Positions 45,601 through 56,382 of a DNA stretch of 64,000 nucleotides are shown here, in pieces. Source of the stretch: Amoebophrya sp. A120 (lineage: Eukaryota > Protista > Dinoflagellata). The translations under genes were made by a program, and so were the position numbers. The stretch is taken from NCBI GenBank assembly GCA_905178155.1, contig CAJINV010000003.1, positions 62,001 to 126,000 on the forward strand, given 5' to 3'. The first letter of the stretch is position 1; every line of letters starts with the position of its first letter. The notes beneath the pieces are model-generated. The model was not told where the DNA came from and did no database searches. It saw only the letters and a program-made list of their open reading frames with translations.

Positions 45601-48600
45601 AGGTTCACAAAAAACGCTAATAAACTCATGATAGCGTCGGGGAGCCTCTCACGAAAGAAAAGACGCACTTTTGTAAGTTCACAACTTCCCCACGCTATCA
45701 TGAGTTTATTAGCGTTTTTTGAGCCTTGGCATAAGTTTACATTCTCCGCGCGCTATCATGAGTTTATTAGCGTTTTTTTTTTGCGACCGTGCAAAAGTGC
45801 AGGACTTCGGCAAGAAATCTTTGGGTATTTTGCTGGTCCTCCCGAAAACGCTAATGGACGCCGGGTCGGAGCTCAAGCCTGCATTACAATCTGCCGAATT
45901 CCCCGTCAAATAAGGCAAAAGGCCGGCGACCTTGGTCGCGATTCTTTCGTGTGCCGAGAAGGGCGCGTCAGTCAGGCGTTGCGGAGCATGGAGCTCCAGG
46001 GCCTGGCTGTCCCATACGGGGCAGGCAAGGACTGCCCCGTCAAGCTGCTGTGGCGAGTGGGGCGCTTGTTTGATTGATATTGGCTAGCAATCTTTCGTCT
46101 GAACGGAAAGTAGCCGACTTGGCATGCAAAATCAAAAAAAAAATCGTTTGTTCGAACAAATCTCAAAACGCTAACGCTAATACTTTTTTGTTGGATAAGT
46201 AAAGCGTATTGTGAGGGCAAATTGTTGCTCCAGGGGGAAGACCCAGTAGCTCCTCCGCAACATGATGCGTCGAGTAGTAAAGCGGGAAATGATCAGGTGA
46301 CCACTACACCCGGTAGTAGTTCTACACTGCGTTCTGGCGAAATCAGCTCCGGAGGTGGTCGGTCGGCAGCAGAGCCCAGCTCGCGCCCTCTTCTTCCCGT
46401 CGTCGTGCCTTTCTTTCAGCAGAGCATGAGCCGGGATACTACCAATGTATTCGGGCGCCATGCTGCGGGGCCGCAGCAGGGGACTAAAAATAAACGCACA
46501 CTGGACATTCTCCCGGCGGCGATGCAATACCGACAGAAGGTGGCGCAACAAGTATTACTGTCCGGCGGTTCCAAGAACTACAACTACGGAGCGAATAAAC
46601 TTGTTTCCCCCCTGGCGGAGTTGGCGTTGAAGTACGACGACGCTGATGATGAAGCCGTTTCACCTTCTACGGCCAACACATGCGGAGTCAACACCACGGA
46701 AGCGCGCATTCGCGCCCTCGCGGAAAAACTCTTCGGCCACAAGAGTAGCTCTGGTGCGTCGATAATGCACTCTGGTGCGGCCGCGACGTCCTCCTCCCGC
46801 GGTGCCAGGAACATCGCCGCAAACCTGGACGACGACCGGAAAGAGGGTTTTGTGGAAGCTCCCGGCTTCGTGAACCTCCGTCGCGCGATGGAGGCCCGTG
46901 TGACAGCGAAGGGTGCTGGTGTCGCGAACTTCAAGACCGTGGAGCTCCAGCAGCCACAACAGGAAGCGGATCAAGTAGAACCTCCGCCGAAGTACGTCTA
47001 CTTCGGAGAGACGGCGCCGCGGTTCGGAGAGACGCCGCCCCGCCCGACGAAGACGTTTTACGGGCCGACGGGGGTATTTCGAAAGACGTTCGACGAGGCG
47101 GAAGTGCTCACGGAGCACCGCACGAAGCGGAAGATGTTCTTTTCGGACGCAGATATGGACCAGTACGAAGCGAGGTGGAAGCTTGAGGTTTCGAGTTCTG
47201 CGAGTCGCGGACAAAATCATCATCATCATCTAGGTGGAGTCAGATCCGCTGCAGCGACGCTCTTTGATGACGGAAGCAAAAAAGGTGTAGGAGCGCCGTC
47301 TTTCTTTATCGAGGACGACATGATCAACAACAATTCGCCGCTGTTTTCGGACGACTTTAGTAGAATCGGGGCGACACCGCCAGAAGCAGAAGAAGGCAGC
47401 TTTATTGCTGAAGAAGGCCGCAATGGCGCAGCACTGGCTGACAACATAAGTCTGACCTTGACGGGCGCCCTTCCGGGGGGAATGGAGGGGAGTAGTTTGT
47501 TCGCAGACAAGAACTTTGGTAGCGGTGCGGATGGTTCGGCCAGCTTGGCGGGCGACGTGGTGATGATGGACGTGGATGTGGTGTCAAGTGGTGCAGCGTC
47601 TTTGGGTCGTGCAGCAGGAGATGGCAACAACTACATCCAGGTCGGCGTAAGCGAGGAGTCCAAAATACAGCTTCCATGCAGTAGTAGTCCTACTCCAGCT
47701 AGCAGCAAGTCAAAGGGCACCGCGTCTGCTGTGTTTCAGGATTACGGTCTAGGTGCTACCCCGTTTGATGCGGATTTCGAAGGCAGTGAAGCCGCCGCTT
47801 CTTCAATGTTGTTTCCAACAACCACCGCTGCTGCGCGGGTCTTGCAAACTCCTTCCGTCTTTGACCACACGGCGGGGACGAACAATTTGCTCCACGAAAA
47901 TATTTTTACCGGTGCTACGCCTAGCGAAAATTATACCGGCGCAGCTGCAGTTTTTGATCCCGAAACAGCTGCGCAGCTCTCGTGCGTCCCACACGGCAAG
48001 TACGCTTTGGACTCCACTCGCGCGCCCTTTTCTGCGGAAGCGGACGATGTTGACGCGGAGAATTATGATGTCGACATGGCACCATTTCCTGCAGGAGGAG
48101 TCGACGAAAGCGATCCGTTTGACTTGCACCCGGTTTTGGACCTCGGCAAGAACAATCGTGAAGAAGTACAAGTAGAACTACCTCTGGACCACGAGCAGAA
48201 AAATCTTCGCACAACGCACGGCTTGTCCCTCGGTGGCCCGGCGACACCCGCAACGAAAATCGAGATTTCGCCGCTGGAGACGCGGCGGCTGGAGGAGGAA
48301 CTGCTGGAACAGTCGCCGTCCCCGCAGTCGAAGCGTCAGCGGCAGGAGGGTGGAGGTGCAGTAGTGGTCGAGCGCACTGAGCAGACGTTCTCACAGCAGA
48401 TGGAGGAGCTCGAGGAGAAGAGTAGTAAGCACTTGACGGCCGCAAATCCAAATGTAAATCAAGCGTCGGAAGAACAGCTCGCACTGGTGGATGCAGCAGG
48501 CGCAGCGGACGAGTTGTCCAATCGCTTGTCGTCGTGTACTTTTAACGTGGTGAGCCAAGAAGTCCTCGCGTCATCAAATGGGCAAGTGACAGAAACCGCG

Positions 48601-51002
48601 GTCGTGACAAAAATAACCGAAGACAATAGCCACACCACGTCCGCACAGCTGGTTACCGCTCCCTCGGGCAGCAGCAGCAGCAGCAGCTCGGAGGACGAGG
48701 TGCGCAAAGTCGACCGCGGAAATAAAAAACTCGATCAACTGCAAGAACGTGACGTCGCGCCGCGTTCCGAGGATTTGTTCCAAGACGAGTTTCTCTTCGG
48801 GGACGACGTGGGTGATGATGACGTGCAGAATTTCGAGGCCGTGGCGGATGATAATGAACCCGGTCGTTCCTCGCAGCAGCTCCCGTTCTTGCAGAGCAAC
48901 ATTCAGGCCGATGCTGCCACCGGACAGCTGGTGGAGCTCGTGTCGACCCCCGTGGCGGATAGTACAACTTCCGCGAAGAAGGTGAAGCCGCTGAAGATGA
49001 AGATGCGAAAAATGGCCGCGAAGAGGAACAAGGCCGGTAAGAAGCAGAGTGTGAAACTGCTGGACGATGACGACGACGAAGAGTATGCGGACGGCGCCGA
49101 GGACCTTGGTCAAAACAAATCCGCGGCTGGTAATATTAAGCAGGACCAGGTGGCGGTGACCCAGGAGCTGCTAACGGGCGTGTACACATCCTTGCTGGAC
49201 ACGCTGCTGCCAAACGAGTCGTCCCCGGAAAATTCCCCCACCGAGGACGGTGATAAGAAAGAAAAAAAGGCCGGCGGCGGACGAGATGTTGAATCCGTGG
49301 TAGGCGACAGTGCCGATCCGTTCGCCACTTTCGACGATAACTTCCTCGAAGATATCAACGGCCCAGCGGGTGCTGGCGAAGACGATTTTCTCCAAGAGGA
49401 CCATGATTTAATGGACGATTGTTCTCATCTACTTCCGGAGCAGGGTGCACCGGAGGGTGATGAAGATGATGTGCATCATCTCGATGTCGATGGTCTGCTC
49501 GGGGAGGAGGCTTTTTTGAAGAAGATGAATCAGGACGACGACATGAAGAAGTACAACAACAACAGTCGGTTGAAAGAACAAACAACTCCGGCCCCACGAC
49601 CAGGAATTCACGACGATGTCGAGGACTATGTGCACTTCAATAATGCGGCCGAATTGGAGGAGGAGGAGGAGGAGGATCTGCTGGAAGATGCGGGGAATGC
49701 CTTCGAGGAAAACGCGTTTACCAATGAGCAGGTGCGCGACCTCGTCGCCAAAGCAATGGATGACTTGTTTGCGGAGAAGCGGTATCCACTGCAAATTATA
49801 TCGATCTGGGTCTGGAAAAGGAAATTTGTGATGCTAGAACCATGTGCATAGAAATAAAAACACTTCCACCTTATGCAGGACAGCATGACAAGTTTGCACT
49901 ACGCTAACTCTTTCGCACACCACATGAGAAGCTGCGTTGTTGCATGACGAGAGAGGCTGCGACTTTTGTTGGAGGTCATGCAAAAGTACTTACAGTTTTC
50001 ACAGGGAAAATGTAAGAACGGCAATACAGTTTCCAACTTTCCAGTCTGAAATAACATATTTGCAATGCATAAGCGGGCTCTGGAGGCCAGCGAGGACGAG
50101 GCCAGCGAGGACGCGGAAGTGTTTATCAAAAGGAAACATCTCCCCCCCCATATCGAAAACGTATGTTTCCAAAAATTTGCGTTGCTGATTTGATACCACA
50201 AATCACGTCTGTCTTGCAAGAAGGCAACTCCACAAGCTCCGCAGCATTGTGCAGGCGGTTTGTCATGCTGATGGGCCTACAGCGTGGACGTTTCTCATGC
50301 TAGACGCCTAGGCCAAAACCTCTCGCCTTAGGCTTAGTATGGGCCTGCATCCCTCTCCAGCAAGACAGCCCTGATATGTGTACGCAAGTCCTGCGTCAGA
50401 AACTTCGTTTTGATATGGGGAGGGGGGTCTTTCCTTTTCATAGTGTTGCCCCGGATTTCCTTCCAGGACGTCCGCCAGGTATAGTAAAGTCGTAAGAGTA
50501 GGTATTAGTACTATGTCTGCAGAAGAGGGTGGTCTACGTTCTGCAGTGCTGGGCCTATCCTTAAGTATACATAGTAAAGAAGTGCTCAGCAAATTATACA
50601 TGTTGATCGTGCTTTTGCAGCAAGCATGATTCGCAGCTGAAATGAAGCTGGCTGCTCCTTGCATTCTTTCGCCGTTATGTGATGAAGATGATACTAGATA
50701 AAAATTTGTATTTGTAGTAGACTTCTAAGCAGGAACAGGCTACGAATAAATCACCTGCTTGTGCGTCAACATCAAAAATGAAAATTCAATCACTTCGAAA
50801 ATCGCAGCGCATCGCAGATGAGCTGACCACGGCGATGTGCTTTCTGGGTTGCTTGATGGTGTGCAACGTGACCAGTGCGGTGCGCGTGAGCCAGAGTGGC
50901 GATGACTTTCTGATTGAGAAGAACATCCCGGGCAACCTAGCAGCCATGATCGCGGAAAACGGATACGAAGGGGATGGCGTTGCGGCGGAGAAATTGCATT
51001 GA
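42682..51002 (+). CDS. NCAPH: condensin kleisin subunit CAP-H/Barren; exons 42682-42820, 43172-43414, 43755-43975, 44982-45076, 46203-49782, 50077-50123, 50448-50478, 50808-51002
   Basis: N-terminal VTSKNAFALSLLE...LLEAATKLYGHRVDSV, HLLLN motif, long acidic linker, C-terminal LTTAMCFLGCLMVCN...DFLI winged-helix-like motif. Three GT-AG introns and four TIR elements are all phase-compatible. Confidence 0.8.
42903..42996 (+). ncRNA. C/D-box snoRNA candidate, family 1 (SSU rRNA guide), in CAP-H intron 1
   Basis: C box ATGATGA, D box CTGA. TGTCTGGACCT is antisense to conserved 18S AGGUCCAGACA; GGAATTCCTCGTT is antisense to 18S AACGAGGAAUUCC. Confidence 0.8.
43508..43600 (+). ncRNA. C/D-box snoRNA candidate, family 2 (LSU rRNA guide, snR60/U80-like target), in CAP-H intron 2
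   Basis: C-like box ATGATGC, D box CTGA. TCACCATCTTTCG is antisense to conserved LSU CGAAAGAUGGUGA; paralogue at 59142. Confidence 0.72.
43976..44979. mobile_element. 1004-bp TIR element at a duplicated TA (AGTA) inside a CAP-H exon
   Basis: Ends CTC...GAG, with subterminal AATAAACGCCCC..AAC.AAATAA inverted; TA at 43974-5 and 44980-1; removal restores EDPVAPHDD. Confidence 0.8.
45077..46197. mobile_element. 1121-bp TIR element (long introner) with 5-bp DR AGTAA
   Basis: ~35-bp TIR TAT.CAACAAAAAA..ATTAGCGTTAGCGTTTTGA; DR at 45072-45076 and 46198-46202; removal restores SSSKAYCEGK. Confidence 0.88.
45492..45782. repeat. 58-bp tandem repeat (~2.5 copies) followed by two inverted copies of its core
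   Basis: AAAAAACGCTAATAAACTCATGATAGCG occurs three times with period 58; reverse complement near 45692 and 45751. Confidence 0.9.
49783..50071. mobile_element. introner, family A-related (289 bp)
   Basis: TIR TATCCACTGCAAAT / ATTTGCAATGCATA; DR AGCGG; frame restored. Confidence 0.87.
50124..50442. mobile_element. introner family B (319 bp)
   Basis: Family B TIR; DR GTGTT; frame restored (EVLPRISF). Confidence 0.9.
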
Positions 51003-52691
51003 GTGTTACTGCTTGCTGTTTTATTTTTTATTTTCGATGCACCGGTCTCTTGGTGGCAGTGGCACGGACATGGAGTCAACATCTAGATCTACTACTTTTA
51101 TTCCGGTACTTACACAAGAACTCTGGAGTTGATTTGACTTCGTTCCCGACATCCGCCGTTTCTTTGCGAGCAGCGGACAAGACCTTCCAACCCCTTCTGG
51201 CGTTTCAATGTTGAAGGTAGCGAAGACTCGTTGGAGCGCTTTCGCCTTCCGATACTGGACCTGTGCAACTGCTCCACTTTTATTTTGAATTTTTTGAAAT
51301 GATGAAGTACTAGAACACCAACAAAATGCACTACACGACTCGTGAAAAAGTCCAAAGACCACGAGACTGGTATTATAACGCAGTTGTTTCTAGCATACTG
51401 GTCTAGCATAGAAAAAAGGTATTCAAGATGAAGCCGTCATCTAGTTTTGAGTTTCATAATTAATCAAAACTACGCTTAGAACCGTCTCCTGTATGATCTC
51501 TCGCTCTGCGCGGTTTTACTTGTATACATAAAACCTGTCTCACGCTTTTTTGCAGAATGGTCAGGCACATGAAATGAACGCCTTCGCATATGGAATTTTC
51601 GTTGCTCATGCAGACACAGATGCCACAAAAAGCGATGCAGTTTCAAATGAGTTTTGGCCTAATTAGAGCGGTAGTGGCGAAAAAATGGACTCGGGGCTCG
51701 TCAGAGACCTCGGCGGTCGATATCATTTTTCCCATAACCGAAGCTAAGCGTTAGAAAAATGCGCGAGGTTGTATTCGCGGCTTGTGGAGTCTGGTGTTAT
51801 CTTGTTAGCGTGAAGCTGCAAAAATTAGAAAATCAGGGATCGGACGTAAAAAGAAGAGAGAAAAACTACGGCTCCATCTTCATGCGAGGAATCGCTCAGC
51901 ATCAGCACTAGTTCATCGGAAAGAACGCACTTGAATGAACTACGCAAAACCAAAAAATAAAGAAAGTCGCCGTGCGGTGTGGCAACAACAGAATAGAGAT
52001 CTGCGATCTTGTCTTCAAAAATGTGGCAGATTCGGTAAACACAATAATAATGATCGGTCTTGTGACGCCGGACCAAATTGAAGATGAGGCTCCAAAGAAA
52101 TTTGCTCCGCGTCGATCCAGATCGGTGTGAAAGCCAAAGCGCATGGAAAATAAATCAAGTCCAAATCTCAACAGTCATTCATCGAAACGAAATCTGGACG
52201 GTCCGACCATTGCGGTCACACTCGGTACAAACGATCAGCAGTTTTTCATGGGCCGTGTGTAGGATAATGACCTTTAAGCAAAATATGATGATCATGATTT
52301 AGATTTCTGTGCAAGCATCTGGTGACTAAAACATGAACAACAGGCCCCTGATTATCCTAGCGATTTTTAGCCTCCTGGTAGTCAAGCTTTGAACCAAGAA
52401 AGTTTTGAACCAAGAAAAATCTCAATCTTCTTCGAAGAAACGTAAAAAAGGAGTAAGTACCAATCGAGTAAAGGAATAAAAGTACAAAAAGTTGTATTAA
52501 AGTCCCCATTTATAATTTTTATAGTGCCGCTTTTTTGTCCCCGCGTTGGCGGTTTTTGACGAGTCAGAGTAGACCCCAGAGAAGTATTAAGTAATGATTC
52601 CGATTCCTCTATTGATTTGTAAAAGCGACTTTGAGCAGTCAGTTTTTGTGTTGAAGTTAGCACGAGATTGACCCAGATCCGGAAAGTCAAA

Positions 52692-54653
52692 ATGTGGCGC
52701 GTTCTCACTAAACTCCTGCCTGTGGCGTTACCTGCCGCGGCGCTTGGTCCCTGGCAGGACCCAAACTTGCCCGACCTGTGGGCCAAGATGGTGGTAGCGT
52801 CGGAAGTTTGTCCGGGCGATGTCGCAGCAGCAGCGCCGACCGCAGCAGCGCAGATGGGCGAGATACTGGGCCCCGCCAGGGTCCACGAGAACGCGTGGAG
52901 GGTAGACAACAAGCGGGAAGTGGCACAAGAAGGGGACAGGACTGCAGAGTTTTGCAACGACATGGCGGTTGAGATTGCAGAGACAGCCAGCACAGGATTT
53001 TACGAAGCATCATTGGGCCCAATATTTTTGCGAGAGCTGCAAGCAGTACGCCTTGCATGCGGGGGGCCGCGCGCCTCGCGTGCCGACGATTACAAGGTGA
53101 GATTGCAGGACAGGCTTGGGCTCGGCCCCGAAATGTACGAGGAAGCCGATACTGAAGCGGAAAGAATCAACGCCCACTACTGGTCGCGTGACGAAAGGCA
53201 ACTCGGCCTTAGCTGCGGCCGAGAAGAGCCGAGCGTGTTCCGAAGAGTCGCGGCGCTGGTCAAGTCACGTCGGTCCTCCCCCACCCGTGCCGCTCGGCCG
53301 GAACAGTCTCTTGGTACCGGTCAACAGTCTCCCAGTGTCCCTACACAGAGCTTGCCGAAACAAGTAGAACCGCATGCACGGGTGTCTCGTGTCGCTCCGC
53401 GGAGAGTGACTGGCGTTCCACACGTTGTTGGCGGAGCACCTACAACTTCGTTGGGCCATGGTGCGAGATCGAGGTGGAGGTCCCGAACGCCGCGTCGCGT
53501 TGCCGGTCACCGACAGGCCTCCGGTGCCCCTTCACCGCCATCTGCGCGTTCTACTATTGTTCCTACTGCACCACGGGCAAGTAGTGCTGGGCCTGGGCGA
53601 CCCCCTCTGTCCGATGGTTCCGTGGTTGTCCAAGATGTCCCCGCAGACGGAAACTGCGCTCTTCATGCGATCTCGTTGCAGCTCCCGGATGTGCCAAGCG
53701 CAAGCACACTGCGCGGAGACTTGGCCACGGTGATCCGCAATATGAACGACACCTCTGCGAGTCAATTTTTCGGAGACAAGATGGGCATTCACACCGCCGC
53801 CGAATTCCGAGACACGCGCATCACAGATATACTAGATCAGCGGAACGAGACTTCCTTGTACCAACGGGAAGCCATATGCAGACATATCGATACGTACCAT
53901 CTCGATTATCAAACACAACGCGCGTGCAAACCTGAAGAAGACCTTCCGCAGTGGTTCGAGCAAAATGATTTCTTCAACTTCATCGCCAACTACATCGAAT
54001 TGGAGATAAGTGACAGATCTTTCGCGTTTCTGGACGTGTGGGAAGTTGAGATAGTAGCTAATTTGTTACACCGCAGAATCCATGTGTACGAGCTGAAAGA
54101 GCCGGGTGTGCGTCTGTACAGTGGAAGGGAGCTAGAGCGCGGGCAGCTCGATTGTGTCGCGGAACTTAACGAGCACGGCGATGCTGAGGCAGCTAGGGCA
54201 AAGCCGATCGATTTGCTCTTTGTCGGAGGCCATTACATGGCGCTGCGCAATCCCAATGATTACCCTGCAGTGACTAGTAATCCCTTGGTGCAGGGACAAC
54301 AACCTCCAAGTCCCGCAGTGCAGCCGAGTAGACCACGTGATAGTGCAACTACATCACAGTCAACAATAAGGGCACAGGAAATAGCCGAAAAAGTTGCCCT
54401 CGACCGCCGTTTTAAAAAACAGTTCTTAGATATGATCTCCGGAAAGCTTTGGATCCGGCACGACCCCCCCAGAGGTGCAGAACAACTATGGGGGGTAGGA
54501 CGATACTACCCGCAAGGGGACGCCACCAGAATTTTCGAAGTAACAGAGAGGGGCGTTTACGTTTCGGGCGGACAGCGCAAACGGACACTGAAAGTGTTGG
54601 GGGAGTGGTTCACCTTCGACAACAATGGACGCTGGCACCGCATGAAACGTTGA
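52692..54653 (+). CDS. OTU-like cysteine protease with predicted signal peptide (653 aa)
   Basis: VQDVPADGNCALHAIS catalytic motif, WEVEIVANLLHRRIHVY, GGHYMAL His motif; N-terminus MWRVLTKLLPVALPAAALG; intronless. Confidence 0.85.
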   Translation: MWRVLTKLLPVALPAAALGPWQDPNLPDLWAKMVVASEVCPGDVAAAAPTAAAQMGEILGPARVHENAWRVDNKREVAQEGDRTAEFCNDMAVEIAETASTGFYEASLGPIFLRELQAVRLACGGPRASRADDYKVRLQDRLGLGPEMYEEADTEAERINAHYWSRDERQLGLSCGREEPSVFRRVAALVKSRRSSPTRAARPEQSLGTGQQSPSVPTQSLPKQVEPHARVSRVAPRRVTGVPHVVGGAPTTSLGHGARSRWRSRTPRRVAGHRQASGAPSPPSARSTIVPTAPRASSAGPGRPPLSDGSVVVQDVPADGNCALHAISLQLPDVPSASTLRGDLATVIRNMNDTSASQFFGDKMGIHTAAEFRDTRITDILDQRNETSLYQREAICRHIDTYHLDYQTQRACKPEEDLPQWFEQNDFFNFIANYIELEISDRSFAFLDVWEVEIVANLLHRRIHVYELKEPGVRLYSGRELERGQLDCVAELNEHGDAEAARAKPIDLLFVGGHYMALRNPNDYPAVTSNPLVQGQQPPSPAVQPSRPRDSATTSQSTIRAQEIAEKVALDRRFKKQFLDMISGKLWIRHDPPRGAEQLWGVGRYYPQGDATRIFEVTERGVYVSGGQRKRTLKVLGEWFTFDNNGRWHRMKR

Positions 54654-56382
54654 TCGCTCTTGTTAATACAAGAGTCGTATAGAAGTATACGTCGTTCCGC
54701 TCAAAACGGAGAAGACAAAGTGGACAAGGCGAACGAACTGGATTGAATGAAATGGATAAAAAACTTTTATATGATACAGGAGGAAGGAGGCGCGTGAGAA
54801 GGCGAGACCAGAACAACACAGGCATGTTGATCAGTAGAGATCATGTAGTCACTCATCTCCGCTGGCTTGTGGTTGTGCCTGCTACTTCGATAGTGGTAGT
54901 AAGTACTTCCACAGCACCAGCTGCAGCAGGGGAGAAGACCTAAGAGAGCGTCACGAGTTCGTACAGGATTTTTACAGATAAAAACCATAACGCATAAAGT
55001 AGGAACAAATTACTTACTTAAGTAGTTCTTCCACAGTTTCTTTCTAGCTCTTTATATTTCAATGCGAAATCATGATTCTACTGTTGGAGTACAAATAGAG
55101 TAGTAAGTAAAACAGCCATGATCCTCTTGAACCTACAGGTTGAGTACAAGTAGAGTATCAAGTAAATATGCGATAGAGCAAAAACTGCATGGCACATGCA
55201 AAGCTGCTGATATTGCACAAGAGTCGGACCCCTGTCGGTGCGGGGGCACCGGCGTGAGACTAGAAAAGAGTAGACTTCTACCTGAGGGACCGCTCCGGTC
55301 GTTGAGGTAGTAGAAGTAAAACTAAAACTAAAACAGTCATCAGACGGTAGAGACGACAAAAAAACAAAAAGATGAAGAAGAATACAGAGTAAAGAGCCCG
55401 AATGTTGTTGTTGACTGAAAGCGTGCAGTAGAGAGCTAGCTGACAGCAACACCAACAGGGAAGTATTTATTTAGGCATTACATTGTTGAAATAGAAATTC
55501 AGTATCACTTGGAACTTACCCCCCTACCCCATACAAGAAGCCTGAATTGGTTCTATTTTTGGAACAACAGGCATATAATTACAGGTGGAGAAGAACAATA
55601 CCTCTATAGAAATTGTTACGCACAACTCTACGAGCAGCGCCTCCACCGGTATTAAACTCAAGCAAAAGGATGACATTGCCTCTGTCGTGGACCTTTTTGC
55701 GCAAAGAATTTCGGCGCTAGGTCCTCGCGTTTTTCTGAATCAGTACCTTGGTCCCACCAACTACGCTGTCGCTACGAAGCTGGACTCCACCCCGGCGTTG
55801 CAGTGAGCGTGGTTTACCTAGTTCTGATTCATCTCACAGCGGTTTTTTGTACCCGCCCAAAGACCAGCACCAGCACACGTGTATGATTTAGAAAGGAGGA
55901 ACCCGAGTATAGTACAAATGTCTACTGTTGCAGTTGCAGCAGTCTGTATGGCTGCTTGATTCATTTGGAAAAGCTGTTCGCGCTCCTCCCGTTCGTACAA
56001 CATTACACGGATCTTCATCTTCGGCGCTGTTGTGGTTCTGAAGCGGGTTCGGCGTTTCGTTTTCCTACCGGTGTTGTTTTTCGTCGTTTTCGACCACTAA
56101 GTATTTGTATTTGTTGTGGATCTGCGTTTTCAACACGTCGTTCAAGTTCGAGAACTGACTCGAGAAATGTCATCACCATTCCAATAGAGTCGTCTCTCAA
56201 AAATGCGTACGTCGTTGTACTGAGATCCCAAAACTCTTTATACAACAATCTTTGCTCCTCTTGTCTTTCTGATACTAAGTCCTTATCAGTCTCCGAAAAT
56301 CTTCACATCATGGTGAACGACGACTCGTTGTGCCCAAACACAAACTGCCCGTCGGTAGTACTAGAAGTGCGAGAAAATAAGC

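Noticed and set aside
45492-45650. Repeat array as CRISPR
   Set aside because: The spacers are identical (a true tandem repeat), the context is eukaryotic, and there are no cas genes.
55585-56380. Upstream exons for the 56-61 kb gene
   Set aside because: A CAG acceptor at 55584 and open frames exist, but no consistent exon chain could be fixed.
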